Shown in pieces: positions 44,819-58,764 of a stretch of DNA of 64,000 bases. The translations under genes were made by a program, and so were the position numbers. Every line of letters starts with the position of its first letter. Position 1 is the stretch's first letter. The notes beneath the pieces are model-generated. The model did not search any database. It saw nothing but the letters and a program-made list of their open reading frames with translations, and was not told the DNA's origin. Origin of the DNA: Paraspadella gotoi (taxonomy: Eukaryota > Animalia > Chaetognatha); assembly GCA_051294375.1 (NCBI GenBank), contig CM119268.1, forward strand, positions 18,928,615 to 18,992,614, in the 5' to 3' direction.

Positions 44819-45031
44819 GTCGACGACTTTGCTCTCCAGATCCAATCAATTCGACAACAGTTCGGTCGTCAGGTCTCCATCGGTGAGGGGGGCGGTAGCG
44901 TAGAAGGCGACGTCGGCGTCATCGGCGGCGTCAGCGGCGGCGTCATTGATGATGCCGGCGCGCCTCTCTACGTAACGGAACCCACCGACTTGAGAATCGG
45001 CGACGAGACGGCGCCGTCGTCGTCGTCGTAG
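44819..45031 (+). CDS. Giant-exon gene, terminal coding exon (VDDFALQIQSIRQQFGRQ...APSSSS*)
   Basis: Long pyrimidine tract + cttcag acceptor; phase 0; TAG at 45029-45031. Confidence 0.75.
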   Translation, partial: VDDFALQIQSIRQQFGRQVSIGEGGGSVEGDVGVIGGVSGGVIDDAGAPLYVTEPTDLRIGDETAPSSSS

Positions 45032-45252
45032 TCTGAATCGGCGTCGGCGACATCGGTGACGTCGGCAGTGTCGACAGCAGCGGCAGCGAAGGCAGCGTCG
45101 GCGATGGATAATTAACGGTTCCAATTTGTCCCTTTAGAGACTAAGAGACGGAGAGAGAAAAAGTAAAAATAATATTATCGGAACTTCTCTATTGTCGACC
45201 GTTTCTATATGCTGCTCTCTCTCTCTTCTCTCTCTCTCTCTCTCTCCTCTCT

Positions 45253-45309
<57 letters not shown>

Positions 45310-45866
45310 TCTCTCTTTCTTACAAACACTCACTCTCTCTCCCCTTCCCTTTCACTCCTCCCACTAATTGGGGTTCCATCCCAATTTAAATTGTTTTTGT
45401 CGCGAAAATTTACTCGAAATTTTTTATCCCTTTTATCATTTTTTGTGGCTATTTAAAATAGACTTATGTGACGGTCTTTTTTTGGACATAGTCTCGATTT
45501 ATTTGACATTATTATTTGAAATTTACGAACAATTACCGTTAGCCAGTTTATTAGCGCTTTTATTTGAATAATAATAATAATACTCCTGAAAGCTGAGCTG
45601 ATGTGGGAAAGAAACATTTAGGGAAAGAGATAAGGAGAGAGAGATGTGTACTGATAATTCATATGTACCAGTACAAATAAGTCTTTAGTATTTGTTGATA
45701 TGATGTTTTCTCAATGATAAAGAATAACCTGATAAAAAAAAAACTTAAGTAAAGAAGGAAATTCAAAGGAGGCGCTTTGATCGATAAAATGCGAGGCAAG
45801 ATAAAAGAGCAATGGATTTAAAAGAGTAATTATCATGCCTTTAGCCAAAAAAAAAAGAGATATAGA

Positions 45867-45953
<87 letters not shown>

Positions 45954-46036
45954 TTCAGCGTTTAATGAAGATTAAAAGATTAAGCGGATTAAAAGAAGAG
46001 CAAGTCGCTTTATCGAGGTTGATGATGGAAAATGAA

Positions 46037-46610
46037 GAATGCAGATGAAAGAACGGAGAATGAGATTTGGTAAATAAAGAAAAAAGAATGCAGAATGAAG
46101 AATTGAGAATGAGATTTGGTAAATAAAGAAAAAAGAATGCAGAATGAAGAATTGAGAATGAGATTTGGAAAATAAAGAAAAAAGAATGCAGAAGGAAGAA
46201 TTGAGAATGAGATTTGGTAAATAAAGAATAAAGAATGCAGAAGGAATATTTGAGAATGAGATTTGGAAAATAAAGAAAAAAGAATGCAGAAGGAAGAATT
46301 GAGAATGAGATTTAGAAAATAAAGAAAAAAGAATGCAAAACGAAGATTTTAGAATGAGATTTGGTAAATAAAGAATAAAGAATGCAGAAGGAAGATTTGA
46401 GAATGAGATTTGGAAAATAAATAAAAAAAGGATGCAGAAGGAAGAATAGAGAATGAGATTTGGAAAATAAATAAAAAAGAATGCAGAAGGAAGAATTGAG
46501 AATGAGATTTGGAAAATAAAGAAAAAAGAATGCAGAAGGAAGATTTGAAAATGAGATTTTGAAAATAAAGAAAAAAGAATGCAGAAGGAAGAATTGAGAA
46601 TGAGACCTGG
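46037..46610. repeat. 49-bp minisatellite, about 12 copies
   Basis: Unit gagaatgagatttggaaaataaagaaaaaagaatgcagaaggaagaatt starting at 46056, 46105, 46154, 46203... Confidence 0.95.
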
Positions 46611-47682
46611 CAAATGAATAATGAGGAATGGGGAGTCGGAAATGATACAGGAAATTGGTAAATGTAGAATGTAAAATGTAATATGGTTGATAGGAGAGTA
46701 AAGAGGTCAACTTGGGATAAAAAAAAGATTCCTTCCATTTTCTATTTTCCATTTTTAGTATGTGTGGCCAACAATATTTGTTTACGGAATTTTTTTCAAT
46801 GAGTATTAAATATTGGGAAACACTAAATACGTTGGGTGAGACAAATCGATATTAAAGTTTTAATTTTTAGTAATCTTTTATTTTTTGATTTCTACGTAAT
46901 TCTTCTTTTTTCCAAAATGTCATCTCTTTTTCCCATCGATTCATTTTGATCCTCATCCTCAGCTCATCTTCATTCTCATTCTCATCTGTGAAGATCAACT
47001 CGATCTTCTCTTCGCATTTGACGCAAATTCCGAGCGACGTGTGATTCTGTGAACCGTGAATAGAGTGAACGTGACACCGAATTTAAGGCTTGATTTCGGG
47101 ATGAGGTTGAGGTTTTACTTGAATTTAAAAAATGAGATTAAAGTGAAGTTAATGTTAAAGTTCAAAAATAAATTAGAGACAAAAATCAATTAACAGTTGT
47201 AGAAGATATGCCGCAATATTACGTAATTTGTTAATTCTTCTTTATTAATTTTTATGAAATTCCCAATCATCTGACTCTTTATTTATAAAATACATTTAAA
47301 AGTCTTAGCTGACAAAATTGAATTCTCAGATACCCCATATTTATTTTTGAAATTTAAAATCCATTCGTAAATTTAGTTAATTTCGATAAGGCTAACTATT
47401 TTATCTACAATATGCAAAGTAATTCATAGTGCTTATACAATCAAGTTTTTTTCCTTCATAAGAACGACACTCAGAGTCATGACATTTATACATTTGAGAA
47501 GGACGTTCAGATTGCAAAGTTTCAGATTTTTTCGTTAACGTTTTTGGCTGACTCCCTATATCCCTTAAAGACTTCAAGTGACCTCGACGTCCTATTATGC
47601 TCGTCTCTTTGTCCCAACAACAACAAAAACAACAACCACAACTTATCACTTATCACGACAATATATATTTCGGAGTTATTAA

Positions 47683-48742
47683 GGTCCGGGATCACTCAAT
47701 TCAAATTATAATTAGGCTAAAGCCGAGCTCCGATTTCGAAAAGAGAGCTCCTGACGATTCCGAAAATGTATTCACTTTACTATTTTTTCAAAGGCGTCAT
47801 CGTTTTTTCGATTTTTTTTGTACTATATAAAATAAAAGAAACCTATTTGAAGAGTTGCAGCCCAAACGGTAAGGCGGTTTCTCATGAAATTTGGCATGAA
47901 TTACCTTTAGGTAACGAACTCTGATTCTATGAAAAGATAATTTCAAAATTTGCCTTCCTTCATAGAAAATTTGATTATTTTAGTCAATTTTTGTGATTAA
48001 TTCCTTAATATCTTTGAAACAAAAAACATTTTTCCAAAAACGCGCTCATAGAATCTCCCCCACCTTTCTTTTCTTGCCCAAGATATTTTTTTTCTTCAAG
48101 AAGAGTCCAACGGTTTGAGTTGCAACTCTTCGTTTTTAACTTCACTTCGTCAAGAAAGTTAAATTCTGTACTCATTACTTTTGCAAGATTCACCACAACA
48201 TACAAAAGGACGGGATGTGATGATGGAGTTTGTTCAACGCTGATGTCTTAAAAAAATGGCTTACTGTTTTTAATTTTTTTAATTCAGATTTGATTTTTTT
48301 TTCAGAGATTCCCTTGAAAATAGGGGAACTATATTATGATATAAACATTTACATGAAGTAACTTATCAAATAAATTTGATAAGTTTTTTAACTCATAAAA
48401 CTCATAAAAGCAAAAAAATCCGTCTGGAAAATGTGTAGAGTAGTTTATTTTAGACTTATTAGTGATACAACTCCAAGTATGTACTTGTACCAAAAGAAGA
48501 ATTAAATATAAGAAGTAGAAATTGAGCTTACGGTAAAGAATCAGTTTTAAGTTGAAAATTTGGTTGTAAAAATTTAGCTTTACCGAAAAAAAAAATTTGT
48601 TTTAATTTTTATGAACATTTTGGGTAGATTTTTAAAAGTTTTCGATTATTTTTTAATAGAAAACCTCTTACAAGATGTGAGAAAATGATTAAGATACAGT
48701 AAATTAAGATGTCTACAATTTTAGGTTGAGTGATCCCTGGCC
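47683..48742. mobile_element. Non-autonomous DNA transposon, Kolobok-like (TTAA TSD, GG termini)
   Basis: ttaa|ggtccgggatcactcaa ... ttgagtgatccctggcc|ttaa (15/17 match); further subterminal inverted match tgtactatat/atatagtaca; no transposase ORF. Confidence 0.7.
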
Positions 48743-49260
48743 TTAAGCAAATGATTTTTGAGAAGTCGCATTGTTTTTGTATTTTTGTATTTAAATATAG
48801 TACAAAGGTCAAATTTAGAAAATTTTATCTAATTAATCATTTTTTTACAAATTAAGTGCAAGACATACATTTGCATTGAGCTTTCTTTTTTTTGTGGTCG
48901 TTGCTTCAATTCTTCTCTTTCCTTTTTCCTCCTCGCTTTTCTATGGTCAATTATTTCCTCAGTTCTGTTTTTACTTTAAGAAACCTAACCTAAGCTAATC
49001 AAACCTAAGAAACCTATGTCTACAGGTACAATCACCTAAATCAGCTAGACAGAGCAAATTTCTTCCTCTTAATTTCCATCTGCTTTTTTATCACTTATTT
49101 TTTCTATTCCCTGACCTTCGTCGAATTCCTCACCCTTTTAAATTTCCTATTACCTACCCTTTCACAACATCGAGTTATTTCTTTCCCCACTATCTACCTT
49201 CCTCCTCTTCCCCCTATTCCTCCCTTTCTCCCCCTTCCTCCTCTCTCTCTCCCTCTCTCT

Positions 49261-49418
49261 TCAATGGTGTCCGTGATCGAAGTATTCGTGAGTGACTCGA
49301 TGCTCTTTCGTTCGATGCTTCACGTTTTTCGTCACATGATCGTGAGTCTCGTGATGGTGAGGAATCACGCGCGTGTGACTTTGATGAACCTCCTTCACGT
49401 GCGTCGTGTGCGGAACTG
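49261..49418 (-). CDS. His-rich secreted precursor, terminal exon 7 (AVPHTTHVKEVHQSHTRVIPHHHETHDHVTKNVKHRTKEHRVTHEYFDHGHH*)
   Basis: (CT)n + tttcag acceptor (NAGNAG); phase 1; TGA at 49263-49261. Confidence 0.78.
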
Positions 49419-49420
49419 CT

Positions 49421-49510
<90 letters not shown>

Positions 49511-51075
49511 GGGGGAAGAGAGTATTTAACTTATGGCAAGTTAAACGACGACAAAAGGATTAACTACGAACGACGATTTTAAAAAATAACAGGATACAAA
49601 CGCAAAGGTCTTGGCGAGAATGTTTAGTAAACTGCAGACTTTTTACTTTTCTTGACGATGAATCGTTAAAACATAACATATCTCTAAAAATCTCGACGAC
49701 TCTTCGAACAAATAAGTGTGAAGAAAAAATAAAAGAAAAAAAAATAGATAGAAACGATTTTTGAAGGGAATTAATGCGGAGAGGATTGAAAAATACGGGG
49801 AAGGTACGAAGATTAAATTGATGGGAAAAAAATGGGGAAGGGAAGAGAAGGGAAAAAAAGGAGGAAAAAAAGGAAAAAAAGGAAAAAGAGAATTGAGTGA
49901 GTCACGCGCGAGGCGATCAATCGTCCTTGATCTGTGAGAAAGGAGAATCAGGAGTGAGGAGTGAGGAGTGAGGAGTGATGAATGAGGAGTGAGGAGTGAG
50001 GAGTGAAATGCGCGAAAAAATGGAGAGTGAGTTGGGAAAAGAAGGAAATGATTTCAATTTGGCAATTTCGTGAAGCTCTATAAATAGAACACGGTATACG
50101 TGGTTTGCTTTGCTAAGATTTTTTTTCAAAGAATTGCGATGAAAAATAACGAAGCAGTAGTGATAGAAAAACAATAAAAAATATTTGAATAAAATTAAAT
50201 TGCTTGTAAATTTTTTTTTTTAATTATTTACCACACGAGTGAACATTTTTTATGGGAAGAATTGAATTTATTAGGGAGACAGAGAAGCAAAATCCTTCAA
50301 TTTTGATTGAAGACGGCACTTAAGATTTTTGTGAGAAACTATTATCACAAAATATAGCATTTCTTTCACAACAATAAAAGAGGTACCCTAGGTGGTTTAT
50401 GGCCGTACCCTTCTTGCAGGGATACTTCAGAGGTTCGAGCCTGGTACCAAATGGTCATGAGCGGATGGTATTACACGTTTCGCCACCAGATCATCACCAG
50501 ATCATCAGATAATATAATATAATAGTGGAAGCTGAGTGAACTTGGCGCAATGTCCGACTCAAGCCCTGTTACCTCCTCGACCTTTTCCCGTTCTTCGTTC
50601 TTCATTGTGTCCCTGAAAGTACTTCCATAACACTTCTCCCAAAAATATTTATCGTCTCTCCCTCTCCTGCACTTACATCACTCTAATATCCCCTCCCTCT
50701 CCTCCCCCCCCTCGTCCCCCCCTCTCCTCCCCCTCGTCCCCCCTCTCGTCTCCCCCACCCCTTCGTCCCCCCCTCTCCTCCCCCCCTCCCCTCTCCCCCC
50801 TCTCTCCTCCCCCCTCGTCCCCCCTCTCCTCCCCCCCTCTCCCCCCGTCCCCCCTCGTCCCCCTCTCTTCCCCTCCTCGTCCCCCCTCCTCGTCCCCCTC
50901 GTCCCCCCCCTTCCTCCCCCCCTCGTCCCCCCCTCGTCCCCCCCTCTCCTCCCCCCCTCGTCCCCCCCTCGTCCCCCCCTCTCCGCCAATCGAACCATTG
51001 ACCCCGAGAAATTGCGTTTTGCCCATCGCCTTCTGTGGTCCTCATGATTCTTGGGTCAGGCGTTTCCATCGAGAG

Positions 51076-51125
<50 letters not shown>

Positions 51126-52181
51126 CGATGGAGAGAGAGACGAGACGATGATCGGAGACCAGAAGAGAGAGAGAGAGACGAGATCAAAATAGGAATAAAG
51201 GTCCTCGGGCAAGGATGTTGTTTAATGTCCACTTCGACTAAAACCGAGAGTTAGACACAAGTTTTGATTTTCTCGTAGGCGAGGAAGTGATCAGATCCTT
51301 TTCACTCTTAAATAAACATTTTTTATCATATTTTAACAATTTTAGTTTGTTTGTTTTTATCTTCCTTCAAGATGATCACCTCGTTGACGATGTTATCCTT
51401 GATGTCCTTCATAAAATCTTCCCACGCATCGAAGAATAAATGAGCAAGCATCATCGCCGATCAAGCTTGGAAGAGCTTTTACTAATCGCCTAAGATAACC
51501 TTGTTATTGGGAAAAAATCCTTTTCTTAGCCTCTATTTACGTGCGATAGTTTATTCATAACTCATCCTGTGCTTACATATTAATTCTATTTACTTTCTTT
51601 TAATTGTTTTCTCACTAATTTCCTTTTCATTTTTGGCTTATTTCATTTTATTCTTCAATCTGATCTCGTTATCTTCTTCCTAATATTTTTTCCTTTCTTC
51701 CATTAATCATTTTCTTTCCCTTCTTCTAAAGTGATGTTTTTATCGCTTAGGTACTTTTCTTCTTATTTTTACCTTCGTTTTCTTTTTTCCAATTACTCGT
51801 TCATTTCATGCAAAAGATTCTAAGTTTCGTTTGTTGGCACGGCTAATTTAAGTAAACAATTTTCAACGATTACATTCAAATTATTATATTATCTTTATTG
51901 TTAGTTAAAAGAATAAATTACTCAACTTTCAAAATTTTTTCTAGCTACTATACTAGGGTATTTCCCGCTCCGTGACCTTACTTCCCCTTCCCTTCCCTTT
52001 CCTTTCCTTTCCTTTCCTTTCCTTTCCTTTCCTTTCCTTTCCTTTCCTTTCCTTTCCTTTCCTTTCCTTTCCTTCTCTTCCCTTCCCTTCCCTTTCCTTT
52101 CCTTTCCTTTCCTTTCCTTTCCTTTCCTTTCCTTTCCTTTCCTTTCCTTTCCTTTCCTTCTCTTCCCCACTCGACCTTCAC

Positions 52182-52274
52182 CTAAGTGATGATCCCGTTG
52201 GTAATGGTGACTGTGATGGCGGGAAAAGGGTCCAGCGTAGTGATCATCGTGATAAGGAGAATCGTGATGATATT
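52182..52274 (-). CDS. His-rich secreted precursor, exon 6 (EYHHDSPYHDDHYAGPFSRHHSHHYQRDHHL)
   Basis: ttccgcag acceptor; tag|gtgaag donor; 93 nt, phase 1/1. Confidence 0.75.
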   Translation of the reverse strand, partial: NIITILLITMITTLDPFPAITVTITNGIIT

Positions 52275-52901
52275 CTGCGGAAATGAATTTGAGGCGGGTT
52301 AGTGATCATTCGGTGAAAAGGAACGACTTTCACTTACCTTTCACTTAACCATCTTCGAACTTCTGGCCCAATAATCGTTAATAATTAATAGTGAAACTGT
52401 TTCCTTACAATTGTTGCGCTGTTCTAAGAACATTATTAGGTGAGTCTTTCCCATATTGTTTACCAACAACTTTTTCCTTACTTTTCCCTCATTACTTTTT
52501 TTCCTGACGACGACGACGAAGACGAAGAAGTCGAATTAACTAATGACATTCACAACTGAGACGACGTAAACCAAAATAATTCTGTAAGTGACATTAATTT
52601 CGGAAGCTAATTTTAAAAAAGCAAATAAAAAAAAACACCTAATCACACTATGATGATTAATAAAATAAGAGAGACGGTATTGTATAAAAAAGCTAACAAG
52701 GGAGCGATAATTGTACATGATTTTAACTAAAAAATATCATAAAAAAAATACAATACGTAAAAAAAAAAAAATAAACAAAGTCCTTGATCCTTCAATCTAT
52801 CCATAAATAGCAACTCTGATGACTCTCGGCGACGTCTCACCGCCAACGAACAATGAATAAACTTTACGACGAAATGGCGACGACGAAAAAGGAAAGAAAC
52901 A

Positions 52902-52943
<42 letters not shown>

Positions 52944-54330
52944 CAACCGATAGACGCGACAAGCGACGAAACAATATTTAACCTCTGAACGACGGGACTC
53001 AATTTTCTCCCGGAAAATTTTTTTTTCTCTTCTTTATTTTTTTTTTTTTTTTTTTTTTTTTGTCTGGTTGAAGGATGTTGATTGTCTCCTTCTGCCTCGC
53101 ACTCATTCGTTTACGCCCGGGTCCCCTCAACAGCCCTTTTCCCACATTCCCTTCAACACCCCAGAAGATAGACGGGAGGATGGGAAGAGAATGGAACGTA
53201 ATCGGAAGGGAGGAAGAGGAGAAACAGAGGAGAGAAACAATGGAGGAGAGGAAAATGAAAAGGATGGGAGAAAATGGAGGAAAGATTTGTGGTATTAATT
53301 GTAGTATTGTAGAATAAAGAAACTATCGGGATTAATCTTTAGTTTACCCCAAAATAACGTCCCATTTCATGATTAAGTTTAGCGTTGAAGGAACAGAAAT
53401 TGGGTCCTTTTGGAAAAGAGTGCCCATTATTGTAGCAAAGAGAAAGAATCTACTAAATTTAGAAAATGTACAAAATAAGGGTGGCGCATCAAAGGAGGTG
53501 GACGCAGCAGCGGCTGTGTAGGGGCAGCGTCGCAGCAACAGCGACGCAAAAGCCGCGGCGCTGACCGGAAGAGGGCGAATGTGCCTCGTAAACAAACAAA
53601 AGTCGCGGGGAGAATAAACGGCGCTTGTAACTCGTTTGGAGTGACTCGGCCGAAGCGTCGAACCGTTTTGCGTTCACGATCGAGTGAGAGGTTTTTTTGT
53701 TTAGGTGGATTGTGTAGGGGAGCTTTAAATATTAGTATGTATATTAAAAATGTTATGCAATCAAACGAGCGAGGCAACACCCAAGCTTCCTCCCACAGCG
53801 TGTATTCTCTTCTCCCACGAACGCCCTTGTTCTATTGCCCCATTGGTTTTCACCGAAGAATATTTTGCCTGCCTAACCACTAACAACTAAGCAATCACTG
53901 ATTCACTGAATCACTGAATCACTAACCACTAACAACTAAGCAATCAGTCAAGAAAACCAGGAAAACCTGGAAGGATTCGATACCGCTACACTTATTTCTT
54001 TAGTACTTGTTCACTTGTTTATTTTTTTGTATAAAAAAAAAATAATCGGATGAACTTTTTAACTCATAAAAATAGATTAGCCCTTTTTAAGAATCCAAGC
54101 ATTTTTAATAATGGAATTTAAAATATTTCATATCACTCCATGAAGTACGTATGAAATTAAATCTCTCTCGAATTAACAAAAATCTAGAGTAAAAAATATA
54201 TTAAAACCTTTAAAAGATTTTCCGCGAATTTTAAAGTCAAAACTCGCAAAGGATTCTTCCATTTTCTCTCTTCTTGGAAATTAGTTGGAAAAAATGAATG
54301 AGAAAAAAATTTGTTGGGACGTAAAAATAT

Positions 54331-54453
<123 letters not shown>

Positions 54454-56463
54454 TGGAATTCAATGGCGGAGAAAATTGGCGTCAGTGAATGGAGAATCAA
54501 CGTGAGACGTGAGTTTTCCTCCGCGAGACGTGAATCCTTCGTGTTTTGAATCTGGAAGCGAAGATGTGAATCAGGAGACGAGAAACGTGATCGTGATACT
54601 TGGCATCGTGAAGTGAAGCAAGAAACGGGAATGAAGGTTGAGAGTGAAGCGGGGAAAATCAACTCTTGTCTGAATTCTGAAAGTTCCCTAATGAGTCGTT
54701 TCTGTCTCCTGATCCAAAATTAGTCTCAGATCCGTATGAGATTTTGAAGTTTCTCCGAAAAAAAGTGTCACAATCTGTGATACGAGGCAGAAAAAGGGAA
54801 ATCACCGCTGGCTAATGTCTATTCGCTCCGCAGAAACAGCAAGAAGCACAAAATAACGTTCGGCCCCAAAAAAAAGGCGAAGGTCAGTCACCAGACAAAA
54901 ACGAGGGTCGCCTCACGAGACCGTGATCGAAAACGACAACGTAGAAGCCAGGCTTTCCCCCCACCCGCCTACACCCCCTCCCGGTGGGCATCCTTGGAAA
55001 TGGGAGAGTGAAAACCCGCGGGAAATAAGATTGGGAAAAGTGAACGAGGGGTGAGTGAGCGAGAGAGAACGGGTTGGCCGCCGGCGAAACATCGGAAATA
55101 ACGGGGATTTAATGGGAAAAAGTTAAGGGAAAAATGATGGAGTGGGTGGACGATAAAAGATTTAAATAATGGCAGGGTTGATCAATGCCACTGGGAAAGA
55201 CTACAAGAAGAGCGAGAGAACAGGGTAGAGAAACTTTATAATGTTAGAGAGAGTTTGTGGTAAATCCATCGGGGCCGAAAAAACGGGGTAAAAATATTGG
55301 GAGGAAAAAAATGGGAATTGGCCTTTTACGAAAACCAGAAACGATATCAGGGGCAGGAAAATTGATTTGTAATATTTATCTCTCGTGGAGAGAGAGGGAG
55401 AAAAAACTAAAAAAAACCAATAACAAGAATAACAACAACTAAACCGAAGAGAAGGCAGTTGAAGTCAAAAGTTGAGTAAAAAGGGCGGAAGTGAGGACGA
55501 GTGTCAGGAAGATAAAAGAGGATGGAAGAAAAGAGAAGGTAAGGTTAAGAGAAGGTCAGGCTAAGTCCGGCCCGGCTGGACGCTGCCTTTGACGCGCCGT
55601 ATCGATCAAGATGATAAAAGGCGAACGAGTTGTTTCTTTTTTCGCCCCTAGGAAACAGCGCCGCTTTGGGGAAGCCTTAAATTGTTTTCGCCAATAATTT
55701 GTCTTTGTTATTCGCCGCGCCCTTATTCGCTGCGCCCATCGCGATGGTAGTCGGCGCTTCGGTCGTTTCGTTCTTAAATTTGTTTAAAGCTCGATGCGCT
55801 TTTGAAATGGTTTTTTCATTATTTAAATTTATTTATGAAATTTTTATGAAATTTTTAATGACTTCGACCGGTGTCTTCAGTGGTGCTCGTTAACCACAAC
55901 TTCTACCATCAAACTGTACAATTCATAGTATTGTCCCATTTGTAATTCATTTGTTTTGTCTGGCCAATGTTTTATATACTTATTCGTCTTCCTACTCCCT
56001 ATTTCGTGGTTTTTATTGTTTTATGTTTTATGTCAATTGACCAAATTATGTCAGTTGATTTAATTATGAAAGTTGATTAAATTATCAAAGTTGACCAAAT
56101 TATACAAATTGGTATTGGCACAGCTACTGGTTGATAGATCAATTGATTTATAGATTTTTTCATATATTTATAAAGAAGTATGTTGTGATTTGTTATAATC
56201 ACTAATTGAGAATAAAAAAAATTGCCATGATTTATCATCGTATTAGCTTATTACTGCTATTATTATTATCGTAGGCAGATCCGACATTGTTTGCTCAAAC
56301 TTGTGAAGTTAACAATTAATTAATTTACTAATTAACTAAAACTAATTTGATCATCTATTTATTTTTTTTCAAACAAGTGAAATTTCCAGCGTCCGACGAT
56401 ATAACAGAAAATTAAAAAAATGTGTCTCGATCGTGTGGGTGAACATTTTCGATCACAATTTAC

Positions 56464-56653
56464 CGTGATAAACGTGATGCGGATGATGATATCCGTGATG
56501 GTGATGGTGATAGCGGGGGTAGTGATGATAGGATTTGTGATGGTCGTCATGATAGTGTCCGTGATGCCCGGCGTGATCTGGAGCGAGCCACCACCCGTTG
56601 CGCCCCCAAGCTTCACCACCGTGGTGACCGTGGTGAAGATTGGATTGGTGAGC
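56464..56653 (-). CDS. His-rich secreted precursor, exon 5 (AHQSNLHHGHHGGEAWGRNGWWLAPDHAGHHGHYHDDHHKSYHHYPRYHHHHHGYHHPHHVYH)
   Basis: ttcaccag acceptor; g|gtaaat donor; phase 0/1. Confidence 0.8.
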
Positions 56654-57202
56654 CTGGTGAAATTGATTTTAAAGGGGAGAGAGGGACTCAGAATCTATTG
56701 CGGTTTCACTGAAGCAGGAGATGAAAATGCGAGCAAAAGTGAAGCTTTGGTTAGAGGAATTTATGGTCAGTGAAAAATGAGGCGATTCCGGTGAAACTGG
56801 AAGAGGATTTTGAACTCGACTGTGAAACGGGATTTAGATCAAGTTTAGTGAACTGAAGCAAATGAATGCAGCGGAAAAATGCTCAGCTACTACTATTCGA
56901 AGCGGGAATTGAAAAAGTCGTAAAACTTGCAGCGCGGTGTTACGATGTCACACCTAAAAAAATTGATGTTTAAAGCAAACCGTGAGAATGTCACTGACGA
57001 AGTTGACTCATGCTGTGAACAGTGAAGAAAAATGCCGACAAGTTTGATTACACGAGCAGCAGTTTGAGCTGCTGAAAGGGAAAGCGAAAAATCGGGAGTC
57101 TTAAGGAAACTAAATTAAAGGCTTAGAAAATTAGCGGAAGGGGCCTTTGACAGCGGGTGGGTCTTTTCTCTCTTCTCTCTCTCTCTCTCTCTCTTCTCTC
57201 TT

Positions 57203-57238
<36 letters not shown>

Positions 57239-57767
57239 ACTTCATTTCCCATTGCATTAGCTCGCGGTACAAAATCCTACGGTATGTAAATGATCATTTT
57301 GAAAATTGCTTATTCATTATTTAAAAATACATTGAGGCGACTTACCACCGGTCTTTCTCTCTAAACCCTTCCTCTCTCCTCTTTCTCTGAGCCGGTCTAA
57401 CTACACGGTCACTTTGCCCTAGCTTTGGCAATGACCTTAGATTGACCGGACATGAAAAAAAAAATGAAAAAAACCTACCAGGTGAATTTATAGATAGAAA
57501 ATAAAAGATCAAAGCGTTAGCGGGTGAAGCAAGAAGCAACGATAAAGCAACGAATACATTTGTGCCACACAGATTTAATAGCAGTCTTCTTATTATTATA
57601 AGACAATGAATGACACATTAGAGGTTAAAAATAAGATAACCAAACAAAATATTGCGAGAATCATTCAAAACAATTGCTTTATGAATTTATGTCATCCACG
57701 TAAATTATTTGTCTTTTGTTTTTAAATTGTGGAAGAATTGAGACGACGACATCTACAGGATACTTGC

Positions 57768-57852
57768 ATGAGGTGAACGTCGCCCGCGGTGACCATGGGT
57801 GTGGTGAGGGTGAACCCAGTGAATCGGTGATGCCGAGTAGAATGGCCAGAAC
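57768..57852 (-). CDS. His-rich secreted precursor, exon 4 (GFWPFYSASPIHWVHPHHTHGHRGRRSPH)
   Basis: tttcacag acceptor in phase 2; inferred GC donor cat|gcaagt gives phase 0. Confidence 0.65.
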
Positions 57853-58265
57853 CTGTGAAATTGTGATTGAAGCGTTATTTGTAATTTGCTTTTGTCTAAC
57901 ATGGGCAAAAAACCTGGGAATAAAGGGAATAAGAAGCAATAAAAACTATTTGAAGGAATAGAAATGAAAAGCGAAAGACGATTAGAAAAATTATGCGATG
58001 GATTCAACCTATTTAAATTTTTTTTTTTTTTTTTTTTTTTTGATAAAATGGATTCGCGAAAGATTTCCGCGCAAAAAACATAACAACATAAAATTGCAAA
58101 GATGAAAAAAATTTCCCTCTCAACTCTTTCGCTTCATTTACGTCTATTGACAAAGACGACGACGACGAGGACAACGACGGCTCACTGTCGGAAAAGACGT
58201 CGACAAAATGGCGGATTTGACGACCGAGATCTGCGTTATGGGGCGAGAGAGGAGAGAGAGAGACG

Positions 58266-58325
<60 letters not shown>

Positions 58326-58468
58326 CGCCGAAAAAGCCATCAACAGAGCAAAATGTGTGCAAAAGAAACAATTTGCAGCGACCTCTCTATAGATCTCTCT
58401 CTATCTTATCTATTCTATCTATTCTAATCTATTATCTATTATCTATCTTCTATCTATCTATCTATCTA

Positions 58469-58525
<57 letters not shown>

Positions 58526-58764
58526 TCTCTCCGTCTCACACTAACACTCACATTGCATCACGCCTTGGTCACCGACAAATTGTCAATTTTCATCTTGCAC
58601 CATTGGCCATTGTTTTTCAGTCCCTCACAGGTTGATGGAACATTACCAAAGTGAATTCTCACGGTTTCACGAAGCTCCTTCATTATTTTATCTTGACTTG
58701 AATTGTGATCGTTGTCTCCATTAATTTCACTGACCTTCCGTAATGATGACTCGGTTTGTAGTAC

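Noticed and set aside
45972-46752. Long hydrophobic ORFs on the - strand
   Set aside because: Products of the 49-bp minisatellite (unit length not a multiple of 3); no splice or start context
57345-57420. Extra exon with RKRR and a gtaagt donor in the His-rich gene
   Set aside because: Including it shifts exon 5 out of the His-rich frame, and the acceptor is poor
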